Source: Mobula hypostoma (taxonomy: Eukaryota). From it: 64,000 nucleotides of DNA. The notes beneath the pieces were generated by a model. That model saw only the letters and a program-made list of their open reading frames with translations. It ran no database searches and was not told where the DNA came from. Position 1 is the first letter of the stretch; the number at the start of each line of letters is the position of its first letter. The stretch is from positions 23,808,001 through 23,872,000 of the forward strand of contig NC_086108.1 in the NCBI RefSeq assembly GCF_963921235.1, read 5' to 3'. Of this stretch, positions 47,815 through 60,159 are shown in pieces. Position numbers and translations under genes: made by a program.

Positions 47815-50676
47815 AAGACCATAAGACATAGGAGCAGAATTAGGCCATTCAGTCCATCATGGCTGATCCCAAATCCCACTTAACCACATACAACTGCCTT
47901 CCGGCCATAATCCTTTGATGCCCTGACCGATCAGACAACAATCAACTTCAGCCTTAAGGATACTCACGGACTTAGCCTCCACCGCAGTCTGTGGCAGAGC
48001 ATTTCACTGATACTTTATACTTTATACTTTATTGTCGCCAAACAATTGATACTAGAACGTACAATCATCACAGCGATAATTGATTCTGTGCTTGCCGCTC
48101 CCTGGATTACAAATCGATAGTAAATATTAAAAATTTAAATTATAAATCATAAATGGAAAATAGAAAAATGGAAAGTAAGGTCGTGAAAAAAAAAACGAGG
48201 CAGGTCCAGATATTTGGATTCACTACTCTCTGTCGAAAACAATTCCTCCTTACCTCTGTTCTGAAAGATCACTCCTCAATTTTGAGGCTGTGGCCTCTAG
48301 TTCTTGATACCACTGCCAGAGGAAACATCCACTTTACATTCACCCTGTCTAGTCCTTTCAACATTTGGTAGATTTCAATGAAATCTCCATGCATTCTTTA
48401 AATGCCAGTGAGTACAAGTCCAAAGCTGCAGAATGCTCCACTTATGTTAACCCTTTCATCCCAGAATCATCCTTGTGAACCTCCCTGGACACTCTTCAAT
48501 GACAACATATCCTATCTGAGATATAGGACCTAAAACTGCTGACATTACTCCGTACAAAGCCTCAGTGACTTATAAAGCCTCAGTGTTATTTCCTTGCTTT
48601 TATATTCTATTCCCCTTGAAATAAATACCAACATTACATTTGCCTTCTTTACCACTGACTCAACCAGTAAATTAACCTTGTGGAAGTCTTGCATGAGGAC
48701 TCCTAAGTTCCTCTGCACCTCTGATGTTTGAACCTTCTCCCCATTTAGATAACAGTCTGCGTTATTATTCTTTTTACCAAAATATATTACTGCACGTTTC
48801 CCAACACTGTATTCCATTTGCCACTTTTTGGTCCATTCTTCTAATTTGTCTGTCTTGCTGCAATCACATTGCTTCCTCAGCACTACCTACCCCTCCACCT
48901 ATCTTTGTATCATCTGCAAACTTTACCACAAAGCCATCAATTCCATTATCCAAATCACTGGCAAACAATGTGAAAAGTAACGGTCCCAATACTGACCCCC
49001 AAGGAACACCACTAGTCACTGGCAGCCAACCAGAAAAGGCCCCTTTTATTCATAGTCATAGTCATATTTTATTGATCCCGGGGGAAATTGGTTTTCCTTA
49101 CATTCCCACTTGCTGCCTCCTGCCTGTCAGCCACTCCTCTAACCATACCAGTATCTTTCCTGCAACACCACAGGATTTTATCTTGTGTAAGCAGCCTCAA
49201 ACGCCTTCTGAAAATCCAAGTAAATGACATCCACTGCCTTTCTTTTGTTACTAACTCAAAGGACTCTAATGGATTTGTCAGGCAAGATTTCCCTATACAG
49301 AAACCATGCTGACTTTGACTTATTTTATCATTAGACTCCAAGTACCCTGAACCCTCATCCTTAATAATAGACTCCAACATTTTCCCAGCCACTGAGGTCA
49401 GGCTAACTGGCCTATAATTTCCCTTCTCCTGCCTTCCTTCCTTATTAAAGAGTGGAGTGACATTGCAATCTTCCAGGCCTCCAGGACCATGCCAGAATTA
49501 AGCGATTCTTGAAAGATCATGAACAATGCATCTGTTATCTCTTCAGCATCCTCTGTCAGGACTCTGGAATGTGGTCCATCTGGTCCAGGTGACTTATCCA
49601 CCTTAAGACCTTTGAGTCTACCTAGCACTTTTTCCTTTGTAATCGCAATGGCACTCACTCCCACTCCCTTACACTCATGGACCTCTGGCATTCTGCTAGT
49701 GTCTTCCATACTCATTAAGCTCACCTGCCATTTCTTTGTCCCCCATTACTAGCTCACCAGCATCATTTTCCTGTGGTCGAATATCAACTCTCACCTTCCT
49801 TTTACTCTTTTTAAACTGAAAAAAAATTGGTATCCTGCTTTATATTATTGGCTAGTTTGCCCTCATGTTTCATCTTTTCTCTTCTTATAGCTTTTTCAGT
49901 TGCCTTTTGTTGGATTTTAAAAGCTTCCCAATCATCCAACTCCCACTCTCTTTTGCTACTTTATATGCCCTTTCCTTGGCTTTTATGCAGTCCTTAACTT
50001 CCCTTGTCATCCAGGGTTGCCTACCCCTGACATTTGAGGACTTCTTCTGTGGGACCTATCTATCCTGCATATTGTGAACTATTCCCAGAAACCTCAGCCA
50101 TCTCTACTCTGCCATCACCCCCGCCAGTATGCTCCTCCAAACTACCTGGGCAAGCTCCTCTGTCATGTCTCTGTAGTTCCCTTCATTCCATTGTGATACC
50201 AATACATGTGACTTGTACTTCTCCCTCTCAAGTTGCAGTATGAATTCAATAATATTACAATCATTGTCTCCTAAGGGTTCCTTTATGTTAAGCTCCCTAA
50301 TAAGATCTGGGTTATTACATAACACCCAATCTAAGATGGCCTTTCCCTGAGTAGGCTCAAGCCCAAGCTGCTCTAAAAAGCTATTGTAGGCATTCAACAA
50401 ATTTCCTCTCTTGTGATCCGACACCAACCTGATTTTCTCAATCCCCTAGCATATTGAAGTCTCCCATTACAATTGTGTCAATACCTTTGGTACATGCCTT
50501 TTCCAGCTCCTTTTGCAATCTCAACCCCACATCTTGGCTACTATTTGGAAGCCTATATATGATTCTCATAATGTTTTTTTCACCCTTGCAGTTTCTTAAC
50601 TTCACCCACAAAGATTCAACATTCTCTAGAACTATGTCAGTTCTTTCTAAAGATGTACTCCCATCTCTTACCAACA
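47815..50676 (-). mobile_element. Decayed CR1 ORF2 (APE to 3' end) with nested Rex-type tails at ~48010-48217 and ~49051-49101
   Basis: MGDFN, ILDWVLCN, KSPGPDG, QHGF, KKWQMEYSV ORF fragments; 3' tail at 47815-47830. Confidence 0.93.
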
Positions 50677-50679
50677 AAT

Positions 50680-51140
50680 AAATAAAAAAATACTATGGCA
50701 TTATAAGAAATATAATACAAATAAATTAGTAGTACAAAAGAGTGCAGCAGAAAAGTAGACTTCATGGACCTTTCAGAAATCTGACTATGGAGAGAAAGAA
50801 ACTGTTCCTAAATCAATTAGTATGCATCTTCGAGCTTCTATACCTCCTCTCTGATGTTAGTAACAAGCAGAGGACATGTCCAAGATGTGAAGGTGCTTAA
50901 AGATGTATGCTGCCTTCTCGAGGCACAGACTTTTGAAGAAGTCCTCAATGGGGGTGAGGCTGGTGGAGCTGGCAGAGTCTACAACCGTCTGCATCGTTTA
51001 ATGATTCTCTGCATTGGCGCCTTCATACCAGCAAGTGATGCAACTTGTCAAAATACTCTCCAAGATACATCTGTAGAAATTTGCTTGAGTCTTTGTGATA
51101 TACTAAATCTCCTCAAACTCCTAATGAACTATAGCCACAG
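50680..51140 (-). mobile_element. Rex1/L2-like 3' fragment, decayed
   Basis: Similar to 1160-1760 (GAAACTGTTCCTAAA, CTCCTCAAACTCCTAATGAA). Confidence 0.6.
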
Positions 51141-51142
51141 GC

Positions 51143-51685
51143 ATGAGAACATCTGCAGATGCTGGATATCCAAGCAACACACACAAACTGCTGGGGGAAC
51201 TCAGCAGGCCAGGCACCATCTACGGAAAAGAGCATAGTCGACATTACTGGCCAAGACTCTTCAGCAGAATTGGAGGGAAAAAACTGAGTAGATTTAAAAG
51301 GTTGGGGGAGGGAAGAGAGAAACACGAGGTGATAGGTGAAACCTGAAGGGGGAGGGATAAAGTAAAGAGCTGGGAAGTTAATTGGTGAAGGAGATACAGA
51401 GGGGGAGTCTGATAGAAGAGGACAGGAGGCCATAGAAGAAAGCAAAGGGGGGGGGAGGAGCACCAGATGGAAGCATTGGGCGGGCAAGGAGATAAGGTGA
51501 GAGAGGGAAAAGGGAATGGGGAATGGTGGGATACTCATCAGGGGGTAGGGTGGGATGGGGGCTCATAAATAACTGGAAGTTCGAGAAATCAATATTCATG
51601 CCATCAGGTCAAAGGCTACCCAAACGGAATATAAGGTGCTGTTCTTCCAACCTAAGTGTGGCCTCATCACAACAGTGGAGGAGCT
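51143..51685 (-). mobile_element. Penelope-like 3' portion
   Basis: ..LEEQHLIFRLGSL*PDGMNIDFSNF, pyrimidine tract, terminal motif. Confidence 0.85.
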
Positions 51686-52231
51686 CTTCACTTCATCCCT
51701 TCCTCTTCAGGTTTCACTTGTGCCCTTTTATGGACATGTGCTTCCAGTGAGAATAACGCTGGGCTTCGCAAAACACGTCCCAGCAAAAAGCTGCTGATTT
51801 AAGAAGAGTACAAGGGAGAACATTACCTTGTTACCAAAGAAAATGTGTGGCAGACTAAGCAATGCTTCAAGGACAAATCATTTAACCTCAAGCTCCCAGT
51901 ATTTATCTTGGAGATGCTGGCTAAACTGTGGGGAATTTTGAACATTTTTCAATGAAAAATTTATAATGAAAATCTAGAAATCACAGCTCATTTATCCCTC
52001 TGTGTTCAAATGGGGTATGTTCGGTTGTAGGTTCATCATTAAAAGTGAAAGCACACTGTGTCCTAGTTACCATCCCACCTCAACCTGGCAATGACTTCCT
52101 CAGGGTTGCATGTGCCAGGCATGGTTTACACTCCTGCTTCTGATTTCCAGGAGGCTTCAGATCAACAACAAGGGTAACAGCTTGAAGTAAGAATTAGTGT
52201 GAGCTGCAGCCTTGGTGATCCTGCTTTCTAA

Positions 52232-52932
52232 TGAGTATTGGGCTGCAGTTATCCCGAACAGACACCAAAATGTTAGTGTACAAAGCAGTGGTAATCCCAA
52301 TGATCCTGTATGCATCAGAAACCTGGACAACATACCGACGACATCTGAAGGCACTTGAAAAGTTCCATCAGCGCTGTCTTCGAAACACCTTAAATATCAG
52401 CTGGGAAGATAGAAGAACCAATATCAGTGTGCTAAATGAAGCAAAAACAACAAGCATTGAAGCCTACGTCATCAAGAACCAACTAAGATGGAGCGGTCAT
52501 GTTGTTTGGATTGAAGATGAACATCTGCCGAAACAAATCTTCTACTCCCAGCTTAAAGAAGGCTAACGTAAAAGAGGCGGACAACAGAAGAGATTCAAAG
52601 ACGTCTTAAAAGCCAACATGAAGAAATGTAACATTGACATCAACAATTGGGAAACCAATGCCAAGGACAGAAAACTCTGGCAAGCCATCATCCGAGAAGG
52701 AACAGCAACTTTTGAAGCCAACAGATGTGCAGAATTAGAAGAAAAGAGAAGAAAATGGAAAGAGAGGCAGCAACAACCAAAGCCTGATCTGCCATCTGGA
52801 AATACCTGTCCTAAATGCGGAAGAACTTGCAAAGCCAAGATTGGACTCATAAGCCACTTGAGCGCCCATAAGTAGATCAACAGAACGAAGGCCATCACCC
52901 TTGACCTCGAGGGATAGCCACGACGATGACGA
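52232..52932 (+). mobile_element. RTE (BovB-like) LINE 3' end
   Basis: VYKAVVIP..LYASETW...FHQRCLR...QLRWSGHV...CPKCGRTCKAKIGLISH; one internal stop; (GAC/GAT)n tail. Confidence 0.92.
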
Positions 52933-53017
52933 GTTATCTAGAGAGGCATTTACTTCCCAGGACATAGAAAGTTATTGACCAAGTGTTGACAATTGGTAAT
53001 ATTAGAGATGTGTACTT

Positions 53018-53410
53018 GATGGCTTGGTGGTGGAGTAGAGATATGTCTCTACCAAAGGAGGTGTAAGCTTCTTATTCCCTCCGCTAGCCTGCAGGTCATC
53101 CTTGGGCAAGGTGTAGCACTTGATTATCCCCTGATCATGGTCATATGAAGCCATGGCAGCAGGTGGTAGGAGGTCATATGAGCAGCTGGTGCATATCACA
53201 AGTCCTGGTTACGTAACCATTGATGCCAGGCAGACAATCTCTGAAGAGTACTGATAATGGCTAGGGTCACCTGTCTTGTAAAGACACTGTCCAGGAGAAG
53301 GCAATGGCAAACCACTTCTGTCAAAAAATTTGCCAACAACAATTACGGTCATGGAAAGAACATGATTACTTATGTCATACAACACGGCACATAACGAATA
53401 AATGAACAAA
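53018..53410 (+). mobile_element. RTE-related non-autonomous element
   Basis: GGAGAAGGCAATGGCAAACCACTTC (Bov-A/Sauria-like RTE motif); (GAA/TAAA)-type tail. Confidence 0.65.
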
Positions 53411-53814
53411 CTTGATGGATGGCATGCAAAGAGTGACCAAAGGTCCTGGTTCTATGTTGCCTAACACCGTGATTCTGATAGGATAGCGAATCCTATTAGA
53501 TGTGATAGGATATATGAAAGGCTGTGACTATGTAAAAGGACATTCACATATACAACGCATTCTCATTTTAAGCTACTTTAACAGACATTCCAAACCAACC
53601 TGACATATATAACCAATTTAGGTTTCATGGGAAATTAGTTGTTTTTAAGTGTTCAGAGAAAAAGTGAGAGAATATGGGTTGAAATCCTTTGTACTATTTT
53701 AATCCCGTCTGTGAAATGCCACTCCATCACAAGGCACATATGGGGACCTATTATATCCTAACGCTTCATGGTTTCATGGCAAATTACATCTCCCCAATTA
53801 CAGCATCCTTATAC

Positions 53815-54034
53815 TTCATGGATAATACCAGGGCTCTCAGCTTTTCCTGACCCAAAAACTGTTGCAGTTATGAGTCCTGACGCTCCATCATAAATGTGCC
53901 CTTGTTTGTCTCTGACTTTCTCAGTGGCTTCACTTGAAAACAAACGCGGGAATAATTTGGTTAGTTCAACTACAGAGATGTGGTTGTAGAAGGGACCAAA
54001 TTTGAACATGGGATAGTCCAGGACATTTAACGTT
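53815..54034 (-). CDS. Candidate coding exon (TLNVLDYPMFKFGPFYNHISVVELTKLFPRLFSSEATEKVRDKQGHIYDGASGLITATVFGSGKAESPGIIHE)
   Basis: Acceptor TTCTTTTTTCCATTTTAG, 73 open codons with protein-like composition in non-repeat DNA; donor GTATAA after 53815 or GTATTA after 53829. Confidence 0.35.
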
Positions 54035-55189
54035 CTAAAATGGAAAAAAGAAGTGCTACCGAGGAGGGGAGCGGAGCGGTGGAAGGTGACAATGGCTGTG
54101 GGTTGACTAATGGTACAAGACCCATATATATGCCCTGCTGCTGACATGCCCGAGACTTGTGTGAATAGCACCCTAACTCCAGGTCACAACACTTGCAATT
54201 ACTGCCACCTACAGAGTCTTCCCCATTTACCACCTGACTCCCCTTGTTCTCGCCAACCCCATTCATCATACCTTCTGCTAAATAGGAACGTTAAAAGAGC
54301 TGCTTCAATCCTCAGTGAAAAGGTCACGTGTGAAAGCAGTTATTGTTGTACAAATGGCAGTATACTTGGAGTGGAGATGAGGGTGGGAAGAGTAACAGTC
54401 CCCACCCACAAAACTATCTAGATAACGTGGCAATCTGCCTAATTATGCTTGTAGTTTACCCTATTGTCGAAAACTGTGATGGCTTCTGGAATTCAGAAAT
54501 GATTAACACCTATTCAAAGTATCAAAAAAGTTATAAGTACTTTAAATTTAATTTAAAAAGCATTCACATTTAATCTCTTGCAATCATTCTTCAATAAGAG
54601 AGTGGAGATGAACTACATGAGCTCCTCCAGCACTTTTTGTGTGTTGCTTTGGATTTCCAGCATCTGCAGTCTTTCTTGTGTTTATGTGTAGAACTACCCT
54701 GGTCTAAGTTATTTAAGTGAATTTTCGACTCAGAGTTGGGAGTCCCTTCAAACTTCTTTTCTTGAGCCAGACTCCAAGGAGGACTAAATTTTGGAGTATG
54801 ATTGATGTAGGAAGTTAATGAAAAGAGCTGTTAGAATATTAGGACTGTCATACTCATGTTGACATGCTTCAATGATCAAAACCTGCTGGTTCTTACATGG
54901 GGAATTGCGGGCAATCAAAGGTATACCATATCAGACTGATTGCAAGAATGGAGCAAGTACACATGTGACTGATCAATCGTGCAGAAAATTGATTGGGAGT
55001 GTGCTTGCCTTTTGTCTCAGCAGGCTAGTTTCACAGCTTTCCCAGTGTGCTCCATTACTAACATGACTCGTTAAAAACATTTAATTTACTACTCTGTTGT
55101 AGTCTTGCTCCACGCACACATAACAAAAGGTTACTTGCATTTTTTTCCACAAAAGCCAAATATTTATGATTGCTTGGAGTTAATCCAGA

Positions 55190-56100
55190 TTTATAAATGA
55201 GAAATCATATTTGGCAACATGTTAAAGATTTAGAGTTTGTAAACAGAAGGGCGCTTGAGAGAGATGCAGTTCATTCATACTTGCACAAAGCATTCAATAA
55301 TATGCCACCAAGAGACTATTAACCTATGACTAGAGACTGAGGGTAATTTATTGGCAAAGAATGATGATCTGTCAATGGACAGAAAACAATGAATGTGTAT
55401 GTTCAGTTTATCAAGATGTAACTCATAGAGTTTGGAAAAAATCATGTGTGGGTCTTGGCTGGCCACAATTTACATAAATGACTTATTTGATGGGATCAAA
55501 TGCAAGATCTGGTAGAAAAAAAATAGAAAAAAAGCAGAAAAGTAGACTATTTAAAATGATAATAGACTGGCAAGAATCAGCACTCATTTAAACCCTATTT
55601 CCTCCTGTATGCATATCATGGAAAGTTATCATGTAGATATAAGTAATTAAGAAATCTTCAATAATTAGGGACTGGATCATGATTAAAGGAAGCACAAAGT
55701 CACACCACAATTATGTGAGGTTTTTATAAAACATTATATGATAAATTGAGCTTAATACTGGTTCTCATACTAACAATGGATATACTGTATACCCCTTGTT
55801 GAGTATACAATGCAGGGTCACAAAGCTAATTTTTGGAATGAGGGGATTGTTATATGAAGACAGTTGGCCCACATTCCTTTGAGTTAGAAGAATGTGAGCA
55901 AACCTCATTGAACTTACCAAATTGTTATAGAGTAGATATTGGAAAATATTTCCCCTGACTGCAGTTCTGGAATTAGAGACCACATTCGTAGAGGAGTAGA
56001 TCATCTTTTAAGACAATTTCTTTATTAACGGGGTGTAAGTATTCTCCTTTCTGGTGGGGTGAGGGGTGGGTGTGTTTCAATATGGAAATGGATTATACTT
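55190..56100 (+). mobile_element. Very decayed CR1 RT/3' relic
   Basis: AAAGCATTCAATAATATGCCACC, ATTTACATAAATGACTT, GGATTGTTATATGAAGACAG remnants. Confidence 0.55.
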
Positions 56101-56639
56101 TTATTTGAAAATACAGGTTGGGACTGATCTACCCTCTTCTCATGAAGGGTTTGAAGCTGCTGTCCAGATTAGTGGGGACATTCTGCTCAACTCCAAGTGA
56201 TCTGCTTGTAAAGTGAATTTCTAGATTCTCAGAATCTGCATATCCTTCATCCTAAAGCACCTGCATTCATCATTTTTTTTCGGCACGGACTAGAAGGGCC
56301 AAGATGGCTGTTTCCGTGCTGTAATTGTTATATGGTTTTAGACAGTAAAGGAACTGAAGGGATTGTGAATTTGGCGCAGAAGATTGTGCTTGAGGTAGAA
56401 CATCGACCATGATTGATTGAACAAAGTAAATTTTGATCACACTGTGCCAGGTGATGAGTTGGAGCATGAGTCAGCCTATTGTAAGCAACTATTGTCAGTT
56501 TACTCACAGATCAAGTCCATTTGAAGGATAGAGGAACATGAATATATTACAGAAAGAACAGCAACTTCTCCAGGAAAACAGGGTTAATTTTTCCAAAAAT
56601 AAAGGTAGTGAATGGAGGATAATTGCACGTGATTTAAAC

Positions 56640-57470
56640 ACGAATAATTCCCACTGCCACTGTAAGGAGTTCGTACATTCTCCACATGACCGTGTGCGTT
56701 TCCTCCGGGTGCTCTGGTTTCCTCCCATAGTCTAAAGCGGTACTGCTTGGTAGGTCAATTGGTCATTGTAAATTGTCCCATGATTAGGCCAAGGTTAAAT
56801 TGGATGTTGCTGGGCAGTAGTTCTTAAGGTTGTCATAGCTCAGGGTGGTAGTGGGGATAAGCTCCTATGACCTATAAAGTGCTCCAATTGACGTGCATCT
56901 CCAACAGCCTCTGACAACCAAGTCCAACCCTTGGCCTTCATGTGTGGTTTAGCTACTAGGCCCCTCGGAACTGTTTCTACTGACAAGAGAAGGGGCAAAG
57001 GTGGACCACTGGTGCCACAAAACCAGTTACTTTGGGCAGGTGGGGCTCATGAACCTTGGACGGCAGCTCACCTAGTGGAAGGGAAACTCTGATTTTAAAC
57101 CTCCACTGCCTTGCTTCCATACCCACCCATGGGAAAGGCATCAGGAGTAAACTCCGAAGAAGAAATCTGGAGCTGGGATCCCTAAGGCAGTTTGATGTTG
57201 TTTACAACTTCACTCTGGCAACCTCTGCAATGACACTGGTGCCAAGCTATATTGGTGCTTGCCCTTCCCTTGGACTACATCAGTGACGTGGAGAGGGGGA
57301 ACCTGCTGCACGGGCAACAGCCGGTTCTTCAAATCTTCCTGAACAGGAGAGGACACAGTCCACCAGAGGCGAAAATCCGTGATCCTCTGGGATCGACGGC
57401 TGCCGGGCAGTGTGGTTTAAAGTGCTGTCAGGACCTATTCCATGTTGTATTACAATCAATCAATAAGTAA
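56640..57470 (+). mobile_element. V-domain (HE1-like) SINE split by a nested RTE-related element
   Basis: V-domain at ~56690-56735; tail resumes after 57404; GGGCAGT on both sides of the insert. Confidence 0.75.
56828..57404 (+). mobile_element. RTE-derived non-autonomous element (5' UTR-like body plus 3' end)
   Basis: CTAGTGGAAGGGAAACTCTGATTTTAAACCTC RTE-5'UTR-like motif; ends GATCCTCTGGGATCGACGGCTGCC. Confidence 0.6.
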
Positions 57471-58171
57471 GTAGGTAGATAAATAAATAATCAGTCACAG
57501 CTACTGACAGCTGTGAATGGCTGTGATTGACTCAGCACATCATAATCACTCCATCATCTCCACTCTGGCTGGGAAACAGAATGTCAGCCCTTTTTCTGAC
57601 TGGCAGAACAGATCCAACAGGCAAAAGCACATAGTTTTGGTCCTTTTTTCATTCTCATGATACACTGAAGTTGTGAAATACATAATTTTCTTTAAGACTT
57701 GAAATATATATTCAGTACCTTTTATATATGCTTTAATGAAGCCAGTAGTAAGCAAGTTAAAAATATCTGGCTTCTCTTTGATAGAATGTAAAGTGCGATG
57801 TAAAATGTTGACCTTTCTCTGTCAGCAGGCAGTACCTTCCAGAATCTCCAGAGGAGCACAGTGGTCTCATAATGGACTACTTCCCTTATGTTAAATGGAC
57901 ACATTGTCTTATTGCAGCCTCAGCTTGGTGAACCTGCAGTCAGCTAATTACTCACTTGATCTTGGAATGCCATGTCTCCTGTCGGTCCTACAGGCAGAAC
58001 TTAATTTGTCTGTCTACACTGAAAGTCCAGAGTTCTCTCTCTCATGGCACATCTAATTAGAAACTGTGCAGCTGTTAATATCACAAGCAGTAGCACAATC
58101 TTTGCATCTATAAACTGCTGGAAATTTGTCTTTAACATTATTCCCTGAAGACAATGCTTCACGTCATAGTA

Positions 58172-58266
58172 CCATTTTACAGCCTACAGGAGCATTTCTT
58201 GTTTCATTTTCAGCCCTCGTGCCATTTTACAGCCTACAGGAGCATTTCTTGTTTCATTTTCAGCCC
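58172..58266. repeat. Tandem duplication, 51-bp period
   Basis: CCATTTTACAGCCTACAGGAGCATTTCTTGTTTCATTTTCAGCCC present twice. Confidence 0.95.
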
Positions 58267-58431
58267 CCGTCCTCAAGTAAACACTCAGACAAGTATTCAC
58301 GAGTGGAAAATTTAATCATGAAGAAGGGACGCATTATCACCAAGTTGAACTTTATTCATTCTGAAATATCCATGCATTATATATCTCTCGCGATGGTGTC
58401 AATAGGAGCTACCCTACATTTTTCACAAACA

Positions 58432-58642
58432 CAGGTCCTTTCCTGGTTACAGTAGGTTTCCGTTTCTGTGAACTACCTATAACATGAACAGTTCACAAGT
58501 AGGAAATGTGGATGCAAATCAAGTTCCCACATGGCAGAAGATGCTTTTAGCCCTGCAGTAGCTGGCAAATCCATCCTGCCAATCTCTGAAACACTGACTT
58601 GAATGTACAGAAATTGGATGCTCATAAGTTGAAGAGGACCTG
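58432..58642. mobile_element. Tigger/pogo-like MITE
   Basis: Termini CAGGTCCT / AGGACCTG, TA on the right and CA on the left. Confidence 0.5.
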
Positions 58643-58779
58643 TAATCCTTTGTTCATTTAATTATGTCACAGCAAGTAATAACTCTCCTTCCACTAATGT
58701 GGCAATGAACTAAACCAACTCCAAAGATACACCTGTACTGCACTTGAATTGATAAATTAAAATTACATCTTACAGCAAC

Positions 58780-59022
58780 ATTACAGACAGTTCCTTCCCC
58801 TCTATCATCTGATTCCTAAATGGACATTGAAACCATGAACACTACCTCACTTTTTAAATAAGTATTTCTGCTTTTGCATGATTTTAATCTATTCAATATA
58901 CATATACTGTATTTGATTTACTTATTTTTACATTTTTTCTTCTATATTATGTACAGCTGCTGCTAAGTTAACAAATTTCACAACACATGCTGGTGATAAT
59001 AAACCTGATTCTGATTCTGATT
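58780..59022 (+). mobile_element. Rex1/Babar-type 3' end
   Basis: ACAGTTCCTTCCCCTCTATCATC...AATAAACCTGATTCTGATTCTGATTC. Confidence 0.7.
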
Positions 59023-59105
59023 CGGAGTTTCTGATGTGCCAGTTCACGTGTACTGGGAACAGGCCTGAGCTTGTTAATCTGCTGACAGTGAGGACTAGTG
59101 GCCGC

Positions 59106-59183
59106 AGATATACCTTGAGCATTCAAACACTTATTTCACTTCCCCAGAAGTGAAATAAGTGTTTGAATGCTCAAGGTATATCT
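59106..59183. repeat. Perfect 37-bp inverted repeat with 4-nt loop
   Basis: AGATATACCTTGAGCATTCAAACACTTATTTCACTTC-CCCA-exact reverse complement. Confidence 0.97.
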
Positions 59184-60159
59184 TTCAGAAACAGAAACAC
59201 CGAAAAGTAGACTGTGCAGATGCTGGAAATTGGAGATAGAAGCACTGGAAATACACAGTAGATCGGGCAGCAAGTGTAATGAAAGTTGCTGTAGACATTA
59301 ATAGTTTCTCTTTCTACAGATGCTGTATCACCAGAGGTGGCATCACTAAACCATTTATATGATGATTTCTTTTTGTTATTCAACAATGGTCTTATTTCTC
59401 ACAGGTGGGTTGGGGGTGCTTTTGTGATACCCATTCTCAGATCTCCACTGTAAATAGTTCTTCTTAAAATGACTTCCTATGGTGGAGGACTCAGGTCATT
59501 TAATATGGGTATTATGCATAACCACACAACCTTCTAATTTAGCACTTCCGATTCCTTTAAATGGTGTCAAAGCATTGCAGTCATCCTATGGAGACAGATT
59601 TAAAACCAATTTTCCACCCCATTAAAGATAATTGCTGGAAAGGAAACATTAGGTGCCTTGTAATGATTTTGTTGAAGGAATCTGTACTTTAGCTGTTAGT
59701 CAATAAATACAATATATTCAAAGAACTTGGTGTTTCCAGGGATTTTTCTGAGGTTCAGTTTTGTTAGTGCCAATGGGGCTGCCACAGTAATAGTTTATAA
59801 CAATGGTCTGTCATCAGTTGATGAACATAATCAGAGCATTGTCGAAACAAATGTGCAGAAAATGGCAAGTTAACTCCAAGAACCAGCTTCAGTTACATCA
59901 TGGTTTAACTGCATTTCAACTCTGTATTTCCTCTGAACAACACCTTTCAAAACAAATGATTCACTTCCCTACCTTTTACTTTTAAATGAAGATGGCTCAT
60001 ATCTTTCCACATTAACTTCCATCTATCCAGGAACCTGACCATTCACTTTGGCTGTCCCTATCCTCAATTAAGCCTCTCCATGTCCCACCCCAGACCTCAC
60101 TGCACTGGGCTTTGTATGATTGTCAAATATGGATTACCCAAATCACTGATATAGATTAT

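Noticed and set aside
56828..56960. Canonical HDV-like ribozyme
   Set aside because: A P1-like pairing exists but no P3/L3 consensus or GG for P1.1 follows; kept only as a structured-end hypothesis.
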